A DNA stretch of 64,000 nucleotides from assembly GCA_963701295.1 (NCBI GenBank), contig OY969585.1, forward strand, positions 1,760,001-1,824,000. The letters are read 5' to 3'. Within the stretch, counting starts at the first letter, position 1. The number at the start of each line of letters is the position of its first letter. The position numbers were made by a program, and so were the translations under genes. A model generated the notes under the pieces. It saw only the letters and a program-made list of their open reading frames with translations. It was not told where the DNA came from and ran no database searches. Below are positions 20,497-30,093 of this stretch, piece by piece. The stretch is from Ignavibacteriota bacterium. Its GTDB lineage: Bacteria; Bacteroidota; Ignavibacteria; UBA10030.

Positions 20497-22860
20497 ATGA
20501 GTCGATCCATCTTCAAGAAGTATATCCTTCCCATCTTTTGCAGTTCCTTAATGTTCTCAACGATACTTGCACAGCCACGGAACCAAATAGATAGTATGAG
20601 TTTTACTCGAGTAGGCCAACGTCAGACAGTCACTTCATCCCATGACTCATGTCCAAAGACAGGTAAGCCCCTTTATCTGAATATTATCTGGCATCAACAT
20701 CAACCACTCTACCTTGACCCGGCGAAAGATCAGTTGCAGGGGCCCTGGGTGAGAACTCATGGAACCAAAGATTATTACGATATGGCCGCGCTGGTGGGGA
20801 AATATCCGGAGATTCATTGCACGATCAACCTTACGTCGTCGTTGTTATATCAGCTTGATGATTACTATGTTCAAAGATTGAAACCATTCGTTGATCTGAA
20901 AAAAAATCGGATTGATTCGAAAAAGTTTCTGAACGAATATGGGGGAAAAACCGATCCGTGGATCGATCTGGCGTTGAAACCGACAGCAGAATTTACCGGG
21001 GATGAACTCTCGTTCTTATTATACAACCTGTGGAATGCATTTGGGATCAGCGATGTTATGATCAATCGCTTTCCACAGTACAACGCTCTGAAGGAAAAAT
21101 ATAAGACTTTCGGTGTGGGGAACCTTTCTCAGCAGGATCGTCGTGACATAAAGTTCTGGTTCTTTTTAGCATATTTCGATCCAGATTTCTTTGAACAACG
21201 CATAGCACTTGCGAATGGGCTGACCGTCGATGTACGGGATCTCATCGAAAAACGAAGTGATGGAACTTATACACTGAAAAAGACCATCAGTGAAGATGAC
21301 TGCAATAGGATTATCGCCGAGACGTACAAAATACTTTCAGCGATTATACCAATCCATAAAAAGCTCATGTATCATCCTGATTCGTATAAAGGTCAAATAG
21401 AGATTGTTACGACTCCGTTTTACCACCCTATTCTCCCTTTAATCTATGACAGCGATTTAGAAAAAATCTGTCAACCAAACGACCCAGTCCCTTCCCGATT
21501 TCACTACCCGCAAGATGCGGATGCCCAGGTAGCAAAAGCTGTTGCCTACTATACAAAACAGTTTGGTATACCTCCGACAGGGATGTGGCCAGGTGAAGGA
21601 TCAGTTGCCAACGATGTCATTCCGATTTTTACAGCACACAAAATCACATGGATAGCTACGGATGAAAAAATATTAGCCCGTTCAACGCCGAATAACCAGC
21701 CGAAGTACTATCCATACACTTTACAAAGCGATACTGACAGAAATCAGGGCATCGTTGTTGTTTTTAGGGATACAGAGCTCTCGGATAAGATTGGTTTCAC
21801 ATATAAAAATTATCATGGCGAAGATGCAGCAGGTGATTTTGTGAAAAGTGTGTCGAAGTATGTACCGAGAGAGGATGATTCTGATCGACTTCTCACTGTC
21901 ATTTTGGATGGCGAAAATGCATGGGAATCGTATCGGTATGATAACGATGGGAAAGAATTTCTCAATGCACTGTACAGAAAGCTGTCCGGGTTATACGAAA
22001 CAAATCAGGTGAAAACCGTGACGGTAACAGAATATATTAAAGGAAACCCAAAACGAAATATTCCTGCGCATCCTCTGGTTTCAATTCCAAAACTTCAATG
22101 GCTCTGGCCCGGCTCGTGGATCAATGCAAATTACGACACATGGATTGGTGAAGTTGAGGAGAATCAAGCGTGGGAATATCTTCTCACAGCCAGAAAAGAC
22201 CTTGAACAATCGGGTTTACAGGCGCCTGATCCGAAAGCTCTCGCTCCAAAAAAAGGAACACAATCCTGGTTTGCCTACAAGGCATGGGAATCGATGTACG
22301 CCGCTGAAGGATCCGATTGGTTCTGGTGGTATGGCGATGATCAAACTGCTCCCGGAGGAGACAAACCGTTTGATAGGGCATTCATTACTTTGATCAAGAA
22401 TGTTTACAGCTTTTCGCAACAAACAGGTGTAGAAATGCCAACAAGAGAATTTCTGCCAATCATTGTTGATAATGTAGATGCCGTAGGTAAGGAACAGGGA
22501 ACGATGGCACAAAGCAAAAAGGATATGGTAACCGTGCTCTTTCAGGTTGATGCGACAAAAATTCAAGTTCCGAAATCAATTTACATCGTCGGCAATCTCA
22601 ATGAACTTGGCAATTGGACACCCAATCTTATTAAGATGTATGACGATGGAACGCATGGTGATGAGAAAAAAGGCGACGGTATTTGGTCGATTGAATTGCT
22701 GGTGCCATTGAATATCAAAGTGGAATATAAATATACCAATAGCGGCTACGAGGGTGTCTGGGTGCCGAGCGAAGAGTTTCCGGCGAATAATCGTGAACTT
22801 ATGATTACAGCAAAGCCAGGCGAGCGCCAGTCTGTCAAAGATATATTCGGTTTAAAATAA
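20497..22860 (+). CDS. GH57 amylopullulanase-like enzyme with C-terminal CBM20
   Basis: HQHQP, GMWPGEGSV, ILDGENAWE, AEGSDWFWW; IYIVGNLNELGNW CBM20. Start placed at ATG 20497, which gives a signal peptide. Confidence 0.9.
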   Translation: MSRSIFKKYILPIFCSSLMFSTILAQPRNQIDSMSFTRVGQRQTVTSSHDSCPKTGKPLYLNIIWHQHQPLYLDPAKDQLQGPWVRTHGTKDYYDMAALVGKYPEIHCTINLTSSLLYQLDDYYVQRLKPFVDLKKNRIDSKKFLNEYGGKTDPWIDLALKPTAEFTGDELSFLLYNLWNAFGISDVMINRFPQYNALKEKYKTFGVGNLSQQDRRDIKFWFFLAYFDPDFFEQRIALANGLTVDVRDLIEKRSDGTYTLKKTISEDDCNRIIAETYKILSAIIPIHKKLMYHPDSYKGQIEIVTTPFYHPILPLIYDSDLEKICQPNDPVPSRFHYPQDADAQVAKAVAYYTKQFGIPPTGMWPGEGSVANDVIPIFTAHKITWIATDEKILARSTPNNQPKYYPYTLQSDTDRNQGIVVVFRDTELSDKIGFTYKNYHGEDAAGDFVKSVSKYVPREDDSDRLLTVILDGENAWESYRYDNDGKEFLNALYRKLSGLYETNQVKTVTVTEYIKGNPKRNIPAHPLVSIPKLQWLWPGSWINANYDTWIGEVEENQAWEYLLTARKDLEQSGLQAPDPKALAPKKGTQSWFAYKAWESMYAAEGSDWFWWYGDDQTAPGGDKPFDRAFITLIKNVYSFSQQTGVEMPTREFLPIIVDNVDAVGKEQGTMAQSKKDMVTVLFQVDATKIQVPKSIYIVGNLNELGNWTPNLIKMYDDGTHGDEKKGDGIWSIELLVPLNIKVEYKYTNSGYEGVWVPSEEFPANNRELMITAKPGERQSVKDIFGLK

Positions 22861-22880
22861 ACCTATCAAAGGAAACATGC

Positions 22881-24167
22881 ATGCGGCGCATTCAAGAACA
22901 ACTGACAAAATCATTCTACGTGTTACTCAGTTTACCGTCAACGGCAATGGGATTTGCACTCTCCATACAAATATCTGCGTTGAGCTGGCTGCTGACTACG
23001 AAATACAATCTCCACATCGATGAAGTCGGATTTGTGTGGGCAGCCGGACCGCTTGCCGGAATTTTTGGTCAAGTCTTAATCGGATTAATTAGCGATAAGG
23101 TCTGGTTCTGGGGTGGACGCCGCCGTCCGTTCGTGTTGATTGGCGGAGTGCTTGCATCGGGAATGCTCTTAGCGTTGCCGAACATCGGTATCATAAGTGG
23201 AAAACTGGGTATAGGCAGCTTGCTGGTGGTCGCAATTGCGGTGGCATTGACGCTCGATCTGGCGATCAACATCAGTTTCAATCCGACCCGCTCCATCATT
23301 GCTGATGTGACACCAGAAGGGAATCCGCGCACCAAGGGATACACTTGGATGCAAACCATCTCCGGCTTTTTTGGTGTGCTGGCATATGTTATTGGTGCAA
23401 CACTTGGGAATTACGTTCTCATCTATGTTGGCGTGGTGCTCGTGTTTCTCTTTTCTATCGTTCCGATGTTCTTTATTACTGAAAATAGAGAGCTCAAAAC
23501 CGCCGAGGAAGAAGCGAAGAGCAAGACAGCAACGGAATGGGGGCAGCTCTTTAGAGTTTATTTCGCGCATGGATTTTCATGGATCGGTATTCAAACCATG
23601 TTTGTCTACATTATTGCTTTTATTCAACAAAAATACTTTTCAGGTGTGACTGATCAAGAAATTATCAATGCACATTCGGGGCAGATTATTGCAATCGCGT
23701 TTGCAGTTCTGAATACTATTGGGTTTATCCTACCGGCATTTGTTCTCGAGCCTCTTGTCGAAAAGATAGGCCGTGTGAAGACGCATATACTCTGTGTTGC
23801 GATTATGTCGTTGGGATATTTTGGAATTGTTTTCCTCGGCAGCACACCAATGATTCTCTATGTACTGATGGCTGTCGCCGGTATTGGCTGGGCAGCAGTG
23901 GTAAGCTTGCCATTTGCAATTATGACGGAAAAGATCGATCAGAGCAGGACAGGATTCTTTATGGGCATATTCAATCTGTCAGTTGTTTTACCCCAATTAT
24001 TGGTAAGTCTGTTCGTCGGAACTATCATCAAAAATGCCATTGACAAAAATATTATTTTCATTATAAGTAGTGTGTCGCTGGCACTATCCGCATTGCTCTG
24101 GATGATGGTGAAGGAAAAACGGATTGACGGTAGAGCAAAATCATCTGTGTGGCCTTCGTCGCATTAA
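22881..24167 (+). CDS. MFS sugar transporter (maltose/sucrose SLC45-like)
   Basis: Multi-TM hydrophobic pattern, SDKVW..GRRRPF, GFFMGIFNLSVVLPQ. Confidence 0.9.
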   Translation: MRRIQEQLTKSFYVLLSLPSTAMGFALSIQISALSWLLTTKYNLHIDEVGFVWAAGPLAGIFGQVLIGLISDKVWFWGGRRRPFVLIGGVLASGMLLALPNIGIISGKLGIGSLLVVAIAVALTLDLAINISFNPTRSIIADVTPEGNPRTKGYTWMQTISGFFGVLAYVIGATLGNYVLIYVGVVLVFLFSIVPMFFITENRELKTAEEEAKSKTATEWGQLFRVYFAHGFSWIGIQTMFVYIIAFIQQKYFSGVTDQEIINAHSGQIIAIAFAVLNTIGFILPAFVLEPLVEKIGRVKTHILCVAIMSLGYFGIVFLGSTPMILYVLMAVAGIGWAAVVSLPFAIMTEKIDQSRTGFFMGIFNLSVVLPQLLVSLFVGTIIKNAIDKNIIFIISSVSLALSALLWMMVKEKRIDGRAKSSVWPSSH

Positions 24168-24193
24168 AAATGAACCGATAATCAAATTGATTT

Positions 24194-26617
24194 ATGAGTA
24201 AAATTGCGAAATTTAAAAGCACGTATGCGATTGTCCTTCTGTTTAACCTGATCGGTTTTTCTGTACAGAATTATGCCCAGGAAATTACCGATCTCATTCA
24301 GCCCGTAAAAATAAGTTACGGGCGAGTGGATACTATTTTGGTGAGCGATCTCTTCTATGCAAAAACATATGATCTAGAATTTGGCGCAAATGATAATGTC
24401 CAAATAAGTTATAATAGAGATCAGAACACAGTTGTCTTTCAACCGGTAAATAATTTCCTTGGTGCGACTTTCGTCGAATTCACTCTTGGAGGTGCGGTAT
24501 ATCAGATTCCCATTATCGTTCAAGGATCAAGTTCATCTCAGCAGCTGCATACATTTTCGTATAAACCGCTGGAGAAGGTGAAAAGAGTAGTAGTGACAGG
24601 AAGCTTCAATAATTGGAGCAGAGAAAAGGATCAGTTGCTTGATAAAGGGAACGGTGTGTATGAATTAACTCTGCCGTTGGATCCCGGAAACTACATCTAC
24701 AAATATATTGTCGATGGGAAAGAAATAGTCGATCCTGTAAATTCCGAAAAAGCGCCGACAGGATTTGATAATTTCAATTCAGTTCTGCGAATCAGTGAAA
24801 CAGATACCGTTCAGATGTTTCTCCATGTCGGTTCATTCAAAGAGTCAAAGGATCGAGTGTCCTTATCATTTATCTATGAAAACTCTGTTGATTCATCATC
24901 TCTCAATAGCAAAGAGATTATCGCGCTCTTAGATAATCAAAAAGTCAACTCAAAAAAAGTTACTCTCGAAGCAAACACGATCAACATTCAATTGACAAAG
25001 AAAGAACTCAAAGGAGAGAAAACGCTTCGAGTACTTGTTTCTCGGAAATGTAAAACAACCAACATACAACAAGCGATCCTTTATAATGGAATTCCTACGG
25101 GACAGTCAACATCTCTGTGGTCCTGGTATGATGGTTCGATCTATTCTATTATGATTGATCGCTTTGCTGATGGTGATAAAACAAACGATAAACCTGTTGT
25201 GCACGATTCCATCTTTTATCCGGCAAATTATCAGGGAGGGGATTTCAAAGGAATCATCAACAAAATTGAGGAAGGGTATTTTGATTCATTGGGCATCAAT
25301 ATACTTTGGATTTCCCCTGTCAACGATAATCCGGATGTTGCTTTCCGCGAGTATCCTCCCCCGCACCGATGGTATAGCGGTTACCATGGCTACTGGCCAA
25401 TCAGCGAGAAGAGAGTTGAAGAGAAATTTGGCACGATGAGGGATTTAAAGCAACTGGTTGCAAAAGCACATAAGCATAAAATAAAAGTATTGTTGGATTT
25501 TGTTGCTCATCATGTGCATATCGATCACCCTTTCTACAAGAAACATCCTGAATGGTTCGGCACTTTGGATTTACCCGACGGAAGGAAAAATTTACGTCTT
25601 TGGGATGAACAGCGGCTAACGACATGGTTCGAACCCTATATGCCATCGTTTGACTTTACGAAATCAGTAGAAGCGTTGAACGTGGTTTCCAATAATGCAA
25701 TCTGGTGGTTGAAAGAAACTGGTGCCGATGGATTTCGTCATGATGCAGTGAAGCATGTTCCTAATAGTTTCTGGCGGACACTGACACGGAAACTTAAAGA
25801 ACAGATTGAGGTGCCGATGCATAAGAAAGTGTATCAAATTGGCGAAACATTCGGTGAATATGGTCTCATCGGATCGTATGTGAACAACGGCCAGCTCAAC
25901 GCGCAGTTTAATTTCAACCTGTCGTATTTTGCTATTCCTGTCTTCCTTGAAAAAGATCGGTCGTTTTCTGCCATCGATTTTCATATTAAAAAGTCATTCG
26001 ATACGTTTGGATATAACCATATCATGGGAAACATCATGGATAGCCACGATAAGGTGCGTTACATGGCATATGCTGATGGAAAAGTGAAGAATCAAGGTGT
26101 CGATACGCGGGAGATGGCATGGAATAATCCACCAACGGTAGATCATGCCTCGAGCTATAAGAAAGCAGAATTGTACTATGCATACATGTTCACAATTCCA
26201 GGGTTGCCGGTAATTTATTATGGCTCAGAATTTGGCATGACCGGTGTTGACGATCCTGATAATCGCCGCATGATGCGTTTCGGCGACCAGTTATCTATCT
26301 TTGAAAAGAGAATGTTGAAAGAGACGAGCAAGATCGTGAAAATGCGCAATCAGCATTCGGCATTGCGCTACGGTGATTTTTATACGTTGAAAGCAGATAC
26401 CAGCATGTATGCGTATGTGCGTTCCGATTTCCATGAGCGGCTTCTTGTGATTTTAAATAAAACAGAAGGGGCTCAGGAAGTTGTTCTTCATCTTCCGGAT
26501 ATCTATCAAGCTCAACTGTTGATCGACGTGCAAAGCGGAGAGATAGTGCGCATTCACCAACATCAAGCGAGTATTATTGTTCCTTCGATAGGATGGCGTA
26601 TATTTAGTATCAAATAA
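24194..26617 (+). CDS. GH13 alpha-amylase/neopullulanase-like enzyme with CBM48
   Basis: VVTGSFNNW..YIYKYIVDG; DFVAHH, GFRHDAVKH, IGE, DSHD, DPDNRRMM. Confidence 0.9.
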   Translation: MSKIAKFKSTYAIVLLFNLIGFSVQNYAQEITDLIQPVKISYGRVDTILVSDLFYAKTYDLEFGANDNVQISYNRDQNTVVFQPVNNFLGATFVEFTLGGAVYQIPIIVQGSSSSQQLHTFSYKPLEKVKRVVVTGSFNNWSREKDQLLDKGNGVYELTLPLDPGNYIYKYIVDGKEIVDPVNSEKAPTGFDNFNSVLRISETDTVQMFLHVGSFKESKDRVSLSFIYENSVDSSSLNSKEIIALLDNQKVNSKKVTLEANTINIQLTKKELKGEKTLRVLVSRKCKTTNIQQAILYNGIPTGQSTSLWSWYDGSIYSIMIDRFADGDKTNDKPVVHDSIFYPANYQGGDFKGIINKIEEGYFDSLGINILWISPVNDNPDVAFREYPPPHRWYSGYHGYWPISEKRVEEKFGTMRDLKQLVAKAHKHKIKVLLDFVAHHVHIDHPFYKKHPEWFGTLDLPDGRKNLRLWDEQRLTTWFEPYMPSFDFTKSVEALNVVSNNAIWWLKETGADGFRHDAVKHVPNSFWRTLTRKLKEQIEVPMHKKVYQIGETFGEYGLIGSYVNNGQLNAQFNFNLSYFAIPVFLEKDRSFSAIDFHIKKSFDTFGYNHIMGNIMDSHDKVRYMAYADGKVKNQGVDTREMAWNNPPTVDHASSYKKAELYYAYMFTIPGLPVIYYGSEFGMTGVDDPDNRRMMRFGDQLSIFEKRMLKETSKIVKMRNQHSALRYGDFYTLKADTSMYAYVRSDFHERLLVILNKTEGAQEVVLHLPDIYQAQLLIDVQSGEIVRIHQHQASIIVPSIGWRIFSIK

Positions 26618-26640
26618 TACCATGTTATAATTAGAATATC

Positions 26641-28170
26641 ATGACTAAACCTCGATTAAACTTTTGGCAAATCTGGAACATGAGTTTTGGATTCCTTGGA
26701 ATTCAATTTGGCTTTGCATTACAAAATGCAAACGTCAGCAGAATTTTTGAGACGCTCGGAGCGAAGATTGACGACATTCCGATTCTCTGGATTGCTGCGC
26801 CTGTAACTGGCTTGATTGTTCAACCGATTATCGGACATATGAGTGATAAAACATGGGGAAGGCTTGGACGACGACGACCGTTCTTCTTATCTGGCGCTCT
26901 TGCAGCATCGCTTGCGTTGTTAGTGATGCCGAATTCCCCAGTGCTGTGGGTTGCCGCGGGAATGCTATGGCTTATGGATGCATCCATCAATGTTTCGATG
27001 GAACCATTTCGCGCATTTGTTGGTGATATGCTTCCATCTGAGCAGCGGACGATTGGTTTTTCGATGCAGAGTTTCTTTATTGGCACAGGTGCTGTCATCG
27101 CTTCTGCATTGCCCTATATGATGACGAATTGGTTCGGGATTTCGAATACGGCGCCATCTGGAACTATTCCGGATTCCGTTAAATATTCGTTTTACTTTGG
27201 CGGTGCGATTTTTTTCTGTGCAGTTCTTTGGACGGTTGTCAGAACGAAAGAATATTCACCGGAAGAATTAGCAAATTACTCCAAGGCAGACAGTGATTCT
27301 TCAAAAATGAAAGATGAAAACAGCATAGCTTCTTTTATCTCATCAGAAAAATTCCGACGTGATGGACTTGTCTGGCTTGTTGTTGGATTGGTTGGTTCCT
27401 TGGTAGTATGGTTGGTTTTCCATCAAACTGACTACGGTTTGTATGTCTTGTTCGTTGGTTCGGCAATCTTTGGGATTCTTCAATTGATTGTTTCCATCTT
27501 TACTAAACAAGAAAAGACTGAAAACGGAATGATAACAGTATTTAATGATTTTTACCAGATGCCTAAAACCATGAAACAATTAGCAGTCGTCCAGTTCTTT
27601 TCCTGGTTTGCATTGTTTGCTATGTGGATTTATACGACACCGGCTGTCACACACAATATTTTTGGTGCAACCGATCCAACTTCTGAAATTTATAATAGAG
27701 GAGCCGATTGGGTTGGTGTATTGATGGCAGTCTATAACGGTTTTGCTGCTGTGATGGCATTTGTGCTTGTATGGTTGGCGAAGAAAACTAATCGGAAGAC
27801 AGTCCATTTGATTAGTCTTGTGTGTGGTAGCTTGGCACTTTTTTCTTTTTACTTTATCAAGGATCCGAATTACCTTCTCGTCTCTGAGCTAGGAATCGGA
27901 CTTGCATGGGCTTCAATTCTTGCTATGCCGTATGCGATTCTCGCTGGTTCTCTGCCGGCACAGAAGATGGGTGTGTATATGGGGATCTTCAATTTCTTTA
28001 TTGTCATTCCACAAATTACCGCAGCGGCAATTCTTGGCTGGTATGTAAAGCATGTATGCGCTGGCGATGCGATGTACGCACTTCTGCTTGGCAGTGCTTC
28101 CATGCTTCTTGCCGGACTTCTGGTGCTTCGCGTAAGTGATGTTGATGAAACTGTCATACGTAAAAATTGA
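26641..28170 (+). CDS. MFS maltose transporter
   Basis: KPRLNFWQIWNMSFGFLGIQFGFALQNAN, GRRRPFF, MGVYMGIFNFFIVIPQ. Confidence 0.92.
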   Translation: MTKPRLNFWQIWNMSFGFLGIQFGFALQNANVSRIFETLGAKIDDIPILWIAAPVTGLIVQPIIGHMSDKTWGRLGRRRPFFLSGALAASLALLVMPNSPVLWVAAGMLWLMDASINVSMEPFRAFVGDMLPSEQRTIGFSMQSFFIGTGAVIASALPYMMTNWFGISNTAPSGTIPDSVKYSFYFGGAIFFCAVLWTVVRTKEYSPEELANYSKADSDSSKMKDENSIASFISSEKFRRDGLVWLVVGLVGSLVVWLVFHQTDYGLYVLFVGSAIFGILQLIVSIFTKQEKTENGMITVFNDFYQMPKTMKQLAVVQFFSWFALFAMWIYTTPAVTHNIFGATDPTSEIYNRGADWVGVLMAVYNGFAAVMAFVLVWLAKKTNRKTVHLISLVCGSLALFSFYFIKDPNYLLVSELGIGLAWASILAMPYAILAGSLPAQKMGVYMGIFNFFIVIPQITAAAILGWYVKHVCAGDAMYALLLGSASMLLAGLLVLRVSDVDETVIRKN

Positions 28171-28189
28171 ATTGAGGAAGAAGTGAAAA

Positions 28190-30004
28190 ATGCGTAAGGC
28201 ATTTGTTAAGCTTACTATAGTACTATTGATCCTTGTACAAGGAGAGTATGCTATGCAAAAAAAGCTGCTAGCTCTGGAAGGGAAATGGATATTCCAAGTG
28301 GATTCATTGAATAAAGGATTATCAGAGCAATGGTATAGTACTACGTACAACCGCAGCAAATGGATTGAAATAGAAGTTCCTGGTTCCTGGGATCGCTATC
28401 ATGGTATGGCAACGTATGATGGGGTTGGATGGTATGCACGAACAGTAGAGGTAAAAGAAATTATTCAGCCGCTTTCAATATTCTTTGGCGGAGTAGATGA
28501 TGACGCCGATGTATGGGTGAATGGGACGAGGGTTGGAACGCATAATGGATACAGCGAGCCGTTTAGTATGCCGATTGATCAAGCGGTGAGAGTGGGAACA
28601 AATGAAATTGTCGTACGCGTGATTGATAATAGCGGCCCAGGTGGAATTTATAAACCGGTAGCAATCGTTCCGACGGGTGAACTCGACCAATTGCTTCGAA
28701 CAAAATATGCTAAGATGGAAGCAAAAAAAAGTGCCGAGTGGGTGAAAGACGCGATCATCTATGAAGTTTATCTCCGCTCATTTTCAAAAGAAGGAACCCT
28801 CAAAGCACTCGAATCAAGGATCCTAGAGATCAAAAAGCTGGGAACGACAGTTGTCTGGCTGATGCCGATTCACCCGGTTGGAAAGATTCATCGGAAAGGG
28901 TTGCTTGGGAGTCCATATTCGGTTCAGGATTACTACGCGATTAATCCGGAATTCGGAACGCTAGACGATTTCAAATCATTAGTAAATACTTTTCATCAAC
29001 AAGGATTGAAAATAATTATCGATCTTGTAGCAAATCATACTGCCTGGGATAATCCGATGCTGAGAGAACATCCGGAATGGTACACGCACAATGCATCCGG
29101 AAAAATTATTTCGCCTAACCCGGATTGGACAGATGTTGCTGACCTTAATTACGATAATCAAGAGTTGCGAAAGTACATGATCACGATGATGAAATACTGG
29201 GTGCATGATATTGGAATAGATGGTTATCGCTGTGATGTGGCTGAACTTGTTCCGACAGACTTCTGGGAGACTGCCGTAAAGGAATTAGAAACGATCAAAC
29301 CGGTACTGATGCTGTCGGAGGGGACGCTTCCGGAACATCATGTCAAAGCATTCGATTTGACATACTCGTGGAATATGTATGATGTTCTTGAAAAGGTCAT
29401 AAGAGGTTCGACGCCAGCAACAATTTTTCATGATCTTTTGAAAATGGAGTCGTATCAATTCCCGCGTGGCTCGCTGCGGATGCGTTTCAACACCAATCAT
29501 GACAAAAATGCATGGGATGGACCTGCGGTAGAAAAATTCACTCCACAAGGAGCGAAAGCTACAGCTGCGCTCGTGTTTACCTATCCTGGAGTTCCTTTGA
29601 TTTACAACGGCGAAGAAGTTGGGAATAATAAGAAATTGGGGCTATTCGAAAAAACAGATATTGATTGGTCAAAGAATGATGATTTCAGAATGTTGTATGA
29701 AAAGTTGTCATTACTCCGCAAGAAGCATCCGGCATTGGTCGACGGTTCGTATTCGGCAGTGCAGAATTCTGACAGAAAACAAGTGTTGTCCTTCATTCGG
29801 ATCAAAGGAGAAGATTCGGTCCTTGTTGTCCTTAATTTTAGTTCAACCGCTATAAAAGTGGACCTAGTACTTCCATCAAATTCAAACAACACGTGGACGG
29901 ATTTCTTTACAAATAAAATTTATGAACCGACGAGTCATCAATACAATATTGCATTACCCTCATTGGGATTCGTTGTCTTAAACCCGTCACAGAAAGTCAG
30001 ATAA
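28190..30004 (+). CDS. GH13 alpha-amylase-family enzyme with N-terminal GH2-type sugar-binding domain
   Basis: N-terminal LEGKWIF..VPGSW..YDGVGWY..FGGVDDDADVWVNG; C-terminal DLVANH, GYRCDVA, LSE, NHD. Confidence 0.88.
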   Translation: MRKAFVKLTIVLLILVQGEYAMQKKLLALEGKWIFQVDSLNKGLSEQWYSTTYNRSKWIEIEVPGSWDRYHGMATYDGVGWYARTVEVKEIIQPLSIFFGGVDDDADVWVNGTRVGTHNGYSEPFSMPIDQAVRVGTNEIVVRVIDNSGPGGIYKPVAIVPTGELDQLLRTKYAKMEAKKSAEWVKDAIIYEVYLRSFSKEGTLKALESRILEIKKLGTTVVWLMPIHPVGKIHRKGLLGSPYSVQDYYAINPEFGTLDDFKSLVNTFHQQGLKIIIDLVANHTAWDNPMLREHPEWYTHNASGKIISPNPDWTDVADLNYDNQELRKYMITMMKYWVHDIGIDGYRCDVAELVPTDFWETAVKELETIKPVLMLSEGTLPEHHVKAFDLTYSWNMYDVLEKVIRGSTPATIFHDLLKMESYQFPRGSLRMRFNTNHDKNAWDGPAVEKFTPQGAKATAALVFTYPGVPLIYNGEEVGNNKKLGLFEKTDIDWSKNDDFRMLYEKLSLLRKKHPALVDGSYSAVQNSDRKQVLSFIRIKGEDSVLVVLNFSSTAIKVDLVLPSNSNNTWTDFFTNKIYEPTSHQYNIALPSLGFVVLNPSQKVR

Positions 30005-30093
30005 ACTCACAAGGCCATTCATCATCCGTACAGGAATAACGATCGGGGAAATATCATATTGTGAGACGGTGGATCTCTATGGGGAGCATATTT